Shown piece by piece: positions 42,725 to 55,191 of a DNA stretch of 64,000 nt. Source of the stretch: the human T2T-CHM13v2.0 reference genome, Homo sapiens; the NCBI RefSeq assembly GCF_009914755.1, contig NC_060925.1. One strand, 5' to 3'. The notes under the pieces were generated by a model. It did not search any database. It was not told the origin of the DNA and worked only from the letters and a program-made list of their open reading frames with translations. Every line of letters starts with the position of its first letter. Position 1 is the stretch's first letter. Made by a program: the position numbers and the translations under genes.

Positions 42725-43205
42725 GTGGCAGAGACTGTTAGTTGCCTCCAATGTCCTTTCCCCCTTCCTCTATAGTAATGGACCTCCTCTCAAATCAGTG
42801 TACAGCTGGGCACGTGATTGTCCAGAAAAATGACATTTCCCAGATTTTTTTTTTTTTTTTGCAAGAAGGTATAACTTTATGGCTAAGTTCTTTCCAAGAA
42901 ATGCCAGATAGTGTGGCAGCTTTTGAGAACATTTCTTAAAAGGACTGCTGGCATGATGACCATTACCATTTCTACTTTCTATTTTGAGTCTTCCTCCTTC
43001 CTGCTGGCTGCAATGCAAACGTGATGACTGGAACTACAGCAACTGTTTGGGGACCAAGGCAGAAGCCTGGGTGATTGGGATCTTTGTGGATCAGGGCTGT
43101 TTATCAGTCCTGCTTCCAGAATTCTCTACAAGGGCAAAATGAACTTCTATCTTGGGGAGGTAAGCTCCTATTTTGGGGCCTTACTTTCAATCAAACCTAA
43201 TCTTG
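42725..43205. mobile_element. MLT1-family (ERVL-MaLR) solo LTR
   Basis: Starts tgtggcagagactg...ttccccttcctctatagtaat...cagctgggcac, resembling MLT1 LTRs. Subfamily and ends uncertain. Confidence 0.6.
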
Positions 43206-43494
43206 ATGGCTAAGTCTTTCTTGGCTCCCCACATCTGGTTACCTCCTTGACTTCAGTAGCACCCTGCACTTTATACAGGAAATGAGGATACCTGTTTGTG
43301 TGCATCTGTCTCCCCAAGTGCAGAGGCTCTGTTTACTTTGTTCCATTTTTGTATCTCTAGCACTTGGCTGGTTTATACTAGGTGTTCAGAAAATTTTTGT
43401 TGAATGATTAGAGATGTTTTGTAGATTGAATGCAAATAATAATATTGCCTACCTTGTGTTGCTTTGAGGGTCAAATGAGAAAAAGTGGCTTTAA

Positions 43495-43898
<404 letters not shown>

Positions 43899-45450
43899 CT
43901 GTTTTCTTTTCCTCTGGGTTCAGAAGCCTCCAGTGCAAAATGATTGGATGAGATCATTTGAATCTTAACACCCATTCTGAGTCTAAGTGTCACTCTCACC
44001 TTTTCAGTTCATAGGAATCTCTCCCTCCTCTAGCTCCCTGGAAAGGCTCTCCAGGTAGATGGAACAGCAAATACAAAGGTATTGAGGTGTTACAAGTCAT
44101 GGAGAATTAAGCATCTGGGCTAGTTGGGTCTGGTTGGAGGAGGTAGATGGGCTGCTCTGCCAGAGAAGAGACAGGGATCCCACTGTTATTTATCCCGGGG
44201 GAGGCTGGGAGACAGACACAATCAAGCCCATTTCTGTATGTGTTATGCTCACACCTTACCTAGTTATTAAATGATTTCTTGCTTTTGTGCAAGAGATCTT
44301 TATAGCACTAAAAATTATGGTCAACAACACTGTTATAACTTTTGACTAGTGAGAAAAAAAATTTGTGTTATTCACCATGGTTCCCAATAACATTACTGCA
44401 ATATTTGTGTCTGTAAAACATCAAAAACAACAAATGCAGTAACAGAATGCCTATAAAACTATAAATGTTTTCTGGAAATGTAGTCTTTTTGCTTTTCTTG
44501 GGATAATCCTGTGGTTCTTCAGCAGTGATTGGTGTGAGTTCTACAGAACCGCTGCTATGTGCATGGAGACCCAGAAGAGATTTTTGAGCAAGAAGGTGTC
44601 AGCCATTCAATGTTTATTGGGTCTACCAGGTGCTTGGTGCTGGCCTGGAGGGCCTAGGATGACAAAATTACTGTCCTTGAGAAGCTCACAGTTTATTTAA
44701 TGTGAGGCACATACAAGTAACCAAGCAAATACAACATAAGAGCCAGACTGGAATTATTTATAGTGTGATGTGGGACCCTGGGGTGGGGAATAAAAAAGGG
44801 TATCAAAAGGAGCAGGATCAAAAGGAGCAGGATCTGGAGCTGGACCCAAACAGCTTAAGATATCCACTTAAGAAAGATCACTCCAGCACCTGTGGGGTAC
44901 ATGGCTGGGATAGAGAAGAAACTCTGGCCAGAGAAACCATTCAGGAGGTTTTTGCGAGTTAGGATGATAAAGGGATCTAAAATATAGGGCAGATTCTACG
45001 GAGACTGAAGAAGAATGGGTGAAATATTTGGAGGCAAAATTACTTGTGCTTGGTAAATTGTTAGAAAGTGGCAAAGGAGTCAAGAATAATTCCCAGGTTT
45101 GTGGTCTGGGGATTAGGCAGATAAAAGAGGTGAGGGCACTAAGAGGAAGGCTGGGACCTTTAGTGCCATCTCCACCATCAGTCTCCATTCCTTCAAACGG
45201 ATAGTTGACATTTTCTCAATGTTTTGTACATTTCCAGGCAAAATAAACCTTCAGGACCACCTTCCAATGGGATTACCATGTCAAAGCCCCTCCTATATCA
45301 TATGGAATCTAGACCATCACTGTGTGTGTGTCAAGGGGGTAGGGACAATGACCAGCATTATAATCTATGGACAAAGTTGGGCTTGGTTGCAGAATATATT
45401 TAAGTTTGGTATTCTTTGTATTTTTAAAAATTTGTTTACTTTTTAAGAAT

Positions 45451-45560
45451 TTGAGACAGGGTTTCTGCATGTTGCCCAGGCTGGCAACTCCTGGCCTCAA
45501 GCAATCCTCCCGCCTCAGCCTCCCAAGAAGCTGGAATCACAGGTGCGAGCCACCCCACAC
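45451..45560 (-). mobile_element. Alu monomer (FLAM-like)
   Basis: Single diverged left-arm-type unit. Confidence 0.75.
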
Positions 45561-46030
45561 AACTAAATTTGGAATTATGAATATGGCTGAGGTCCAGAAA
45601 TATTTAAATTTGGCATGATGACTAAGAGTTTGTTATAGGAGCTCAATCATTTGATAAATATTGAACATTTCCTATGTGTCAGATTGTTTTTCCCACTAGG
45701 GATGCAGAGGAGAACAAGACAGAATAGGTTCTTGTCCTCATAGAGTGTGGGAGACAGGCAGAAGACATATAATTTCAGGTAGGTATAAGTATCATAAAGA
45801 AAAAATAAAGCAAAACAAGAGAGTGCTGGGAAAGGCCAGGGAGCAGAGAGGATGACAGAGCTGTCTTAGGGTGTTCAAGACCTCTTTGAAAAGCTGATAT
45901 TTGAGCAGAAGACCACAGCAAGGAAAAGTGGCAGAGACTGCTAGCTGCCTACGCATGAAATGATGGGGGAAGGAGCAATACAGAAGGCATGTAACATTTG
46001 AGAGTCTATTAGGCATCCCAAGGGAGGTGC

Positions 46031-46104
46031 TGCGGAGGCGGATGCATGGAGGCGGATGCGGAGGCGGATGCATGGAGGCGGATGCATGGAGGCAGATGGA
46101 TGCA
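46031..46104. repeat. Minisatellite, ~5 copies of GGAGGCGGATGC(AT)
   Basis: Units start at 46034, 46048, 46060, 46074 and 46088. Confidence 0.9.
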
Positions 46105-46602
46105 CACGTCTAGAGTTTAAAAGGAGATCTGAGGCGGAGATACGAACTTGGGAGCTGTTAGTCCAGTTCCAGGTTCCAATTCAACGTACTTTTATCAGAG
46201 CTCACTGTGCGCCAGGGACTTGCTAGGAGATAAATGGGGTTTATCTCACCGGAGATAAATGTGGTTGCACAGCAGATGGACACACCAGCCAATGTGGTAA
46301 ATAAACCCTTGGGTCCAGCTACGTTCTGCGCGCTCTCTGCCAGCACAGAGGAGCAGCGAGTCAGGGTACGGAGCGGGTAGCGTTGGGGAAGAGGTGGCCG
46401 CGAAGCGAGACAGGCCAGCGGAACGGAAAACGGAAGCACGAGACGGGGGCGTGACGCACCGGGCGCATCACAAAGAACGGCGAGAGGGCGGTGGCGCCGG
46501 GGGCACGGCTGGGCGGCTCCGCCCAGAAGAGGGCCGAGAGGCGGGGCGGTGCCCCCACCGCAGGCCCGCGGCGCCCTCTGCAGGCCACAGGCAGCGACTC
46601 AC

Positions 46603-46614
46603 CAGTTGCCTCAT
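46603..46614 (-). CDS. INKA2: Alternative INKA2 first coding exon (MRQL), predicting a 282 aa isoform
   Basis: ggaaagATG AGG CAA CTG|GTGAGT: -3A Kozak, consensus donor, phase 0 matching the acceptor at 18704. Consistent with my recollection of a shorter isoform starting near DDX20. Confidence 0.75.
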
Positions 46615-46826
46615 CTTTCCTCTCCTCCCTCTTGGGGCTTTCCTCAGGCCACATTTTTTGTGTGTCTGGGCAGTCTCTCAGCCTCCGACTCCCGTCCCTT
46701 TCTTCCACTTCCAGGCCGGGCGTGTTAGTGTCTTCGCGGGAAAACTGCCAATAAAGTTTTTCTTCTTCTCGCTCCCAAGATCCCCGCCTCCCCTTAAGCA
46801 CCGCGAGATCTGACGGCGCGGCTACC

Positions 46827-47127
46827 ATGGCGGCGGCATTTGAAGCCTCGGGAGCCTTAGCAGCAGTGGCGACTGCTATGCCGGCTGAGCATGTGGCCGT
46901 GCAGGTCCCGGCCCCAGAGCCAACACCCGGGCCTGTGAGGATCCTGCGGACCGCTCAGGATCTCAGCAGCCCGCGGACCCGCACGGGGGATGTGCTGTTG
47001 GCGGAGCCGGCCGACTTCGAGTCACTGCTGCTTTCGCGGCCGGTGCTGGAGGGGCTGCGGGCGGCCGGCTTCGAGAGGCCCTCGCCGGTGCAGCTCAAGG
47101 CCATCCCGTTGGGGCGCTGCGGGCTCG
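46827..47127 (+). CDS. DDX20: DDX20/Gemin3 exon 1 (301 nt)
   Basis: accATGG Kozak; [11 protein letters not shown]...; Q motif GFERPSPVQ; G|GTGAG donor. Confidence 0.97.
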
Positions 47128-47547
47128 GTGAGAGCGGGGGCCCGGGATAGGTCGGGGGGTGGGGTGGGAGAAGGGGGACCGACGGGCGGCGGCGGCCAGG
47201 CCCGCGCCGCAGCTCAGGAAGAGCCCTCGGTCGGCCCCCGGAGCAGGGCCCTGCCGGGGGCTAGGCGCTACGCTCAGTTAACTTATTTGTAAAACTAACG
47301 TGCACTATTGAACTTGAGGATAGTTAAGACCTTTTTTTAAGCACTGACAAATGGTTCTAAGTTTGAGAAGATAAACGGTAAACGTTCAGGGACTAGGCGT
47401 GTTCTCATACGTTTTTGAGAATCAACTAAAAATGAAGGTGCCAACTAGGGGAATCTCAGGAGACCCTTCTAGTTCTCTGATTCCATGTTAGCCCCTAAGT
47501 TGCTTCAGTGAGTACTGGCTAGTGATAATTGTTTTTTTCCTTCGCAG

Positions 47548-47642
47548 ATTTAATTGTTCAAGCTAAATCTGGCACCGGGAAAACCTGTGTGTTCTCCACC
47601 ATAGCTTTGGACTCTCTTGTTCTTGAAAACTTAAGTACCCAG
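47548..47642 (+). CDS. DDX20: DDX20 exon 2 (95 nt)
   Basis: cag|...|gtgag; Walker A AKSGTGKT. Confidence 0.97.
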
Positions 47643-47960
47643 GTGAGTTAGCTGAGAGGACCAGAGGAGGATGTGTTTTGTGGACTTTACCACAGGTCAG
47701 ATGAAATACCAGTAGCTCCTCAGAGCTGGAAGTGAATTTGATGAATGATTGAGTTAAGTGGTGGTGGTGGCGAAATTTGGAATTTTCTATGCGTACCTTA
47801 TTTAAATAGAATAAAGCTACCATATATGTCAATTTTGTCACTACTTGGTAATACAGACAGGGATTCTTCTTTTACTTACTGACTAGATTAATGTGAGACT
47901 TAACATTTGACTTGATTCATGGTAATGTAGTGCTCTGGCTATTGTTGGTAACTGCAGAGT

Positions 47961-48250
47961 TTGTTTTTTTTTTTTGAGACGGTGTCGCTTTGTCACCTAG
48001 GCTGGAGTGCAGTGGCGGATCATTGCTCACTGCAACCTTGAACTTCTGGGCTCCAGTGATCCTCCCACCCATCTTCCTAAGTATTTGGGACTACAGGTGT
48101 GTGCCACCACACCTGGCTAGTTCTTGTATTTTTTGTAGAGATGGGGTCTCCAGTGTTGCACAGACCAGCCTTGAACTCCTGGGTTCAAGCAATCCTCCCA
48201 CCTTTGCCTCCCAAAGTACTGGGATTACAGGCATGAGCCACCACAGCCGG
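47961..48250 (-). mobile_element. Alu (J-type), antisense in DDX20 intron 2
   Basis: Diverged reverse-complement Alu. Confidence 0.92.
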
Positions 48251-48740
48251 TATGCAGGTGGTTCTTAAAGCTCTGTAAATGTATCATATTGATCTCCCAT
48301 CTTCCAGGTTGTCTTAGAGTGTTTCTAAGATTGCCTTACCCAAATTAGCAGGAAATTTGAGTTTGGGGATCATTTCTCCAACAAAGGTTTGTTGAGTCCG
48401 TATTACGTATAAACAGTGTGCCAGGCATTGGGGATTCAAAGATGAATTAGATGTGATTCTCATAGCCTTACTTGGTAGTTTAGTTGTTATGGCAGACTGT
48501 ATTTCAAGTTCTCAGGCATTGGTATATCTGATGATGAATCTTCAACAGTGGTTTTTAACCCAGATATCCATGTTCATCACCTGGGAAGCTTTTTGAGTCC
48601 ATCTTATGTCTACCAAATCCTAGGTGATGTTGCACATTGGAAATCCTCCTACTTCCCAAGAACCTGAGTTAGTCTAATTGTAGACTAAGATGTATTTGAG
48701 ATTTTGGCTTCTGACAATTTGGCAGCAGATAAAATGCTGA

Positions 48741-49145
<405 letters not shown>

Positions 49146-49339
49146 TAGAAATAGGGAAAATTCAGAAAAATTAGGACGTACCAGAAAACAAAATCTGTAA
49201 TCTTACTACCTAGAGAGAAACTGCTATTAACAGTTTTGGCATGTTTTCTCCTAGTCCTTTTTTTTTTTTTTTTTTTAAATCAATTTTTTTTTCTTGTAGT
49301 TAAGAGCACAAAGTTTTGTTTTCTCCTCCTCCAGTAGTT

Positions 49340-49840
49340 ACATTGCAAAGTTTTTACCATGACTCTCAAGGTCTTTTGTGATCTAGTCCCTGGAGGTAGA
49401 TCTCTGACCTCCTTTACTTTCCCCTGAATTCTGTCATGTGGGCCTTCTTTTTCTTCCTCAAATACACCAAGAACACTGCCATCTTATGGCCTTTCCATTT
49501 GCTGTTTCCTCTTGGTGAAAACGCTTCCCCAGGGGTCATATAGCCAGCTCTACTCTATGCCATTCACGTAGGTCTCTGCTCAAAGTACCTCCTTTGAGGA
49601 GGTTTCATGATCACCTCATTTAAAATGACTCCTTTTTTCCTTGTTTGATTTTTTTATGATACTTTTTATTACCTGTCATTACTTATTTTTGTTTACTGTA
49701 TATATTCTTATCCAAGAATGAAAGTACCATGAGGGCAAAGACTTTGTACTGTTAACTGTTGATTCCCCGGCAACTAGTATGTTGCCTAGCACAGAGTAGG
49801 TTCTTACTTAATATTTGTTGAATGAATGAATGAATGAATG
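49340..49840 (+). mobile_element. L2 3' end
   Basis: Ends gcctagcacagagtagg...atatttgttg(aatg)n, the L2 terminus. Confidence 0.8.
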
Positions 49841-49845
49841 GAATA

Positions 49846-50168
49846 CAGTCAGCCCTCCCTGTCTTCAGGTTTTGTATCAGCTGATTCAGCCAACTGTGGA
49901 TCAAAATACTCAGGGCAGGATGGAGGAACAATAAAAAATAATACAACAATCAAAAGATATAAACAAAAATACGGTGTAACCATTTACATAGCATTTAAAT
50001 TGTATTAGGTATTATAAATAATCTAGAGATGGTTTAAAATATGTGGGAGGATGTACACAGGTAATATACAGATATATGCAATTTTATATAACAGACTTGA
50101 GCATCTGCCAGTTTTGGTATTTGGGGGCTTCCTGGAACCAATCCCCTGTGGATACCAAGGGATAACTG
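49846..50168 (-). mobile_element. MER2 (TcMar-Tigger) DNA transposon relic
   Basis: TA|CAGTCAGCCCTCC...GGAACCAATCCCCTGTGGATACCAAGGGATAACTG|TA: degenerate TIRs with TA target sites. Confidence 0.85.
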
Positions 50169-50302
50169 TACCTTACCTTATCAATAAAAACTCATTTGAA
50201 ATGATCATTTAAATGAAATATAGTGTGTCATGTAATGAATATACCAGTCCCCTATGTATTTATTCCTCTGACTCAAAGGTGTAATTTATGGTTTTTTTTT
50301 AG

Positions 50303-50471
50303 ATTTTGATCTTGGCTCCTACAAGAGAAATTGCTGTACAGATACATTCTGTTATTACAGCCATTGGAATAAAAATGGAAGGCTTAGAGTGTCATGTCTT
50401 TATTGGAGGGACCCCATTATCACAAGACAAAACCAGACTTAAAAAGTGTCATATTGCTGTTGGATCTCCTG
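50303..50471 (+). CDS. DDX20: DDX20 exon 3 (169 nt)
   Basis: tag|...|gtaag; motif Ia APTRE, GG doublet, start of motif Ib (SPG). Confidence 0.97.
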
Positions 50472-50595
50472 GTAAGATAACAATGCCTGTTGGTAACCAG
50501 GGCTTTTAAGGAACTACACACTTTTAATATAACAATAAAGATATATGGGAGTCTTTGATAACTGTGATAATTATTTTGATTAGAAATGAAGAGCA

Positions 50596-51080
<485 letters not shown>

Positions 51081-51376
51081 CTATTATATTTGGTTGCGAA
51101 TCACTCAGAATCAGCATCTTGCATTCAGTGCTTTAGGTCTTTTGATAGAAATGGTGTTTATTTACTGGTGATGAAACGTGAGGGGAAAACAATGAGTTTA
51201 GTCAAGATCAGAGCTCCAGATTTCTAATTTGTGGTTTAGTGTGTACATGCATAATGAGAGTTGAATCAGGAAATTCAGCAGAACAACCTGTAAGTAATAA
51301 GTAGAGTAACAATATTGGCTGAGATTTACACAAATTTGGTACATCATAAATATTTCAATTTTTTTTTTTTAATTAG

Positions 51377-51491
51377 GCAGAATTAAGCAACTCATAGAAC
51401 TTGACTACTTGAACCCAGGCAGTATACGCCTCTTTATTCTTGATGAAGCAGATAAGCTTTTAGAAGAAGGCAGCTTCCAGGAGCAAATAAA
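51377..51491 (+). CDS. DDX20: DDX20 exon 4 (115 nt)
   Basis: tag|...|gtaag; ILDEAD motif II. Confidence 0.97.
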
Positions 51492-51608
51492 GTAAGAAAA
51501 ATAACTAACTTGACTATTAAAACAGTGTTCCGAAGTATCTATCTTTAGCTTTTCCAAGTGGTGATTATTGTTTGAATAATTTACATGGTATCTGTTTTTA
51601 TTTTGCAG

Positions 51609-51751
51609 TTGGATTTATTCTTCCTTGCCTGCCAGTAAACAGATGCTGGCAGTATCAGCTACTTATCCCGAATTTTTGGCTAATGCTTTGACAAAGTACA
51701 TGAGAGATCCCACTTTTGTAAGACTGAATTCCAGTGATCCAAGTCTCATAG
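51609..51751 (+). CDS. DDX20: DDX20 exon 5 (143 nt)
   Basis: cag|...|gtgtg; SAT motif III. Confidence 0.96.
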
Positions 51752-51889
51752 GTGTGTACAGCTTTTAGGTACTTATATTATTGGTTTATTTGTGATATGC
51801 TGGAGCTTTCCCTTGCCTAGTTTTGTCTTGCTGTTTCATGGTTACCATTAGCATATATATTTGTTTTAACTGATAGCTCTTCTTTGTAG

Positions 51890-52028
51890 GTTTGAAGCAG
51901 TATTACAAAGTTGTCAATTCATACCCTTTGGCACATAAGGTTTTTGAGGAAAAGACTCAGCATTTACAGGAACTGTTCAGCAGAATTCCATTTAATCAAG
52001 CTTTAGTCTTTTCTAATTTGCACAGCAG
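51890..52028 (+). CDS. DDX20: DDX20 exon 6 (139 nt)
   Basis: tag|...|gtaat; ALVF motif IV. Confidence 0.96.
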
Positions 52029-52128
52029 GTAATGTAACTTAAAAGGTCATCTGGGGAACTTGTGAAATAAAAGGATAGTCATGGGGCAATATTTGTAAAT
52101 TTGTAACCATTTATGTTATATTTCATAG

Positions 52129-52187
52129 AGCACAACATTTGGCTGATATCCTTTCTTCTAAAGGCTTTCCTGCTGAGTGCATTTCAG
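52129..52187 (+). CDS. DDX20: DDX20 exon 7 (59 nt)
   Basis: tag|...|gtaag; frame-consistent ([19 protein letters not shown]). Confidence 0.95.
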
Positions 52188-53157
52188 GTAAGTTCATCTC
52201 TTACTTTAATCTTTATTTAGTATACTGACTTGAAGCCTCCAAAGTCAGGAGGAAAAAATACCACTTTATGAGTTGTCTTGAGAGTGTGAAATTATCTTGT
52301 ATCTTTTAGAGTAAAGGAATTTTCAGGCTTATTTTTCATTGGAATTTGATATGTCAATATTCTATTTTTAAGGAGTAACTTGGTATATAGTAAAAAGTTA
52401 GAAAACTAGTGTTCAGAAAGACAATTTTATTAGAATCTCTCTTATAGCCACATATAACTTAATTCTATAAAACCAAGTTTGTCTGTATTGTGTTAAGATA
52501 AAAATATTTTTTCTTTAGAATTTTTTTTTTTAATAATTGTTAAAATGCTGGAGATTGCTAACTGAATTGACTGTTTTATGGTTTTGTGGAAGGCAAAAGT
52601 GATTGAGTTCTTGCTGCAAAGTTAAATGATTACTGCTGGCATAATAAGAATGAAAGAGTCGAAGGATTTTTTGATCAGTGAGATCCTTTTTAGAGTTTTG
52701 TTTGGTGTCAGCTTAATTTTTAACCTGTTGGCATGAGCTTGTTTAGTTATGGTATATCACGAGATACTGGGGAGACTATTTTCTAATGAACCAATACTTA
52801 AACTATAGATCACACTTTAACACCAAATTATAAACAGCTGATTAAAGCATTTTTATTTTCCTAAGAATTGCTAGTTATACTTCATATGTAACTTTGCAAA
52901 TAGAATGTTATATATTCAGGCATGGCCTGATCACTATTTAGGATTGATTTTTGAATTTCAAGTTGATTGCCTAAACCATAGTTTAAAAGATTTTAACTTT
53001 GGATCTTAACCTAGATTTGCACAGAAGGACAGAATTAACTGTGGTTGGTGTATTAAAAGTGTTAAGACTGGGTGTTATGCTTTTTACTTTTTGTGGATTG
53101 GATAAATATGTATTAGCTTAGTTGTTTTTATGTGACTTTCTTTTGGGGTCCTTTTAG

Positions 53158-53240
53158 GCAATATGAATCAGAATCAGCGTCTTGATGCTATGGCTAAACT
53201 GAAGCACTTTCATTGCAGAGTCCTCATTTCCACAGATTTG
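53158..53240 (+). CDS. DDX20: DDX20 exon 8 (83 nt)
   Basis: tag|...|gtaaa; QxxR motif and VLISTDL. Confidence 0.96.
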
Positions 53241-53579
53241 GTAAATTTCCTATTCAGTTTGGGTGACTAATCCATCTTGACATATGTTCTATTATCAGAT
53301 GTACAGATTTCATATATTATTTTATGTAGGCGTATCTAACAAGAATACCAGAAGATAATTATCTTTCCAGTGCTGAGGAAAATACTTTCTTAAAAATGTC
53401 TTTAATATGTTTATCTTTGTCCTTGAAATTAGTCATTAGGAATGAATTTCCTTTTCCTCTGCTCCTCAGTATTCAGTTCTTAATTTGTCTCTTGACTGTA
53501 CTGGAAGAATATAATATGCATTGGTATCCATGCTGTATAGTTAATGCAAACAAATAATTGCTATCTTCTTCAATTCAAG

Positions 53580-53685
53580 ACTTCTCGTGGGATTGATGCT
53601 GAGAAGGTGAATCTGGTTGTAAATCTGGATGTACCATTGGATTGGGAGACATACATGCATCGGATTGGGAGAGCTGGCCGTTTTG
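53580..53685 (+). CDS. DDX20: DDX20 exon 9 (106 nt)
   Basis: aag|...|gtaaa; motif V SRGID and motif [12 protein letters not shown]. Confidence 0.96.
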
Positions 53686-53804
53686 GTAAAAAAAAAAAAG
53701 TTTGAGTGCTTTCTTTAAGGGGAGGGATCTATAATGTGACAGGTGGGCTTTGAATATTATTTTTGTGAAAATGATTTACTACCTAACATTCTCTCTGCTT
53801 TTAG

Positions 53805-53906
53805 GTACATTGGGGCTGACAGTGACCTACTGTTGCCGGGGAGAGGAAGAAAATATGATGATGAGAATTGCCCAGAAATGTAATATCAACCTTCTCCCTT
53901 TACCAG
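53805..53906 (+). CDS. DDX20: DDX20 exon 10 (102 nt)
   Basis: tag|...|gtaca; frame-consistent. Confidence 0.95.
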
Positions 53907-54188
53907 GTACATTTCATCTGTTTCATTATTTCAAAATAATTATAGTGGTGATAAGCATAATAAAAATGATAATAATAGCTAACAGAGTGCTTATGATGTG
54001 CTGGGTACTGTTCCCAGTCCTGTATGTACGTTAACTCATTTACTTCTCACCACACTCCTATGAGGTGTGTGCAATTGTTTTGTAGATGAGGATATTTAGA
54101 CATAGAGAGGGTAAGTAAAGGTGTTACAGCTAGTAAGTAGCACGGAGAGGAGTGCAAGCTAACCACTGGCACATGAAAAATGAGAGCT

Positions 54189-54506
<318 letters not shown>

Positions 54507-54911
54507 TTAGCTCTATTTTATTAGTTAGTGGCTTTGCAATTTGATTTTATTCTTTGATACAAGGGGGGATATTTTACCTCTTAAATTGTTGTGAAGGTAA
54601 TTCTTGCCATATTCTCCTTTGTCACCATGTGGAAAGAACAGCATCTTTAATTTGAATACTATTTTGAAAAATTGGAGTGAAATGTTTTCTTTTGATTTCA
54701 GTTCAGTCATTTGTTCTGCTTCTTTTTAAGTGCCCTCTTGGAAACAACGCATGTTTAAAACTAGTAATGATCTCTTAAAAACAAAAAATTCTAAAAAACC
54801 CTTGAGTGGAAATATGGCATTTTTGACGTGCATGTTATACAGAAAATGTGCACTATAAATAGTGTCTATTCATATATAGATGTATGTCTATATAGAAAAA
54901 TACACATATAG

Positions 54912-55191
54912 GTCACGCCTGTAATGCCAGCACTTTGGGAGGCTGAGGCGGGCGGATGACGAGGTCAGGAGATCAAGACCATCCTGGCTAACACAGTGAA
55001 ACCCTGTCTCTACTAAAAAAAAATACAGAAAATTAGCCGGGCATGGTGGTGGGTGTCTGTAGTCCCAGCTACTTGGAAGGCTGAGGCCGGAGAATGGCAT
55101 GAACCTGGGAGGTGGAGCTTGCAGTGAGCCAAGATCCGCCATTGCACTCCAGCCTGGGCGAAAGTGCGAGACTCAGTCTCAAAAAAAAAAA
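54912..55191 (+). mobile_element. 5'-truncated AluY-like element in DDX20 intron 10
   Basis: Starts at tcacgcctgtaat; 18 bp TSD AGAAAAATACACATATAG. Confidence 0.95.

Larger units (their letters stand above)
46320..47280. promoter_or_regulatory. CpG island / bidirectional promoter of DDX20 and alternative INKA2
   Basis: CpG-rich. Tandem CGGAA ETS cores at 46418-46438, TGACGC half-CRE at ~46452, GC box at ~46541, E2F site GCGGGAAAA at 46736-46744, and a YY1-like ATGGCGGC at the DDX20 start. Confidence 0.9.

Noticed and set aside
46031-46104. Possible CRISPR-like array
   Set aside because: No unique spacers and no cas genes; eukaryotic minisatellite.
51371-51380. Tandem acceptor TAG|GCAG at DDX20 exon 4
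   Set aside because: The 4 nt shift would frameshift; most likely splicing noise if used at all.
53907-54034. Track ORFs extending DDX20 exon 10 (also exons 1 and 3) into introns
   Set aside because: Read-through past the donors. The spliced model gives a complete 824 aa frame.
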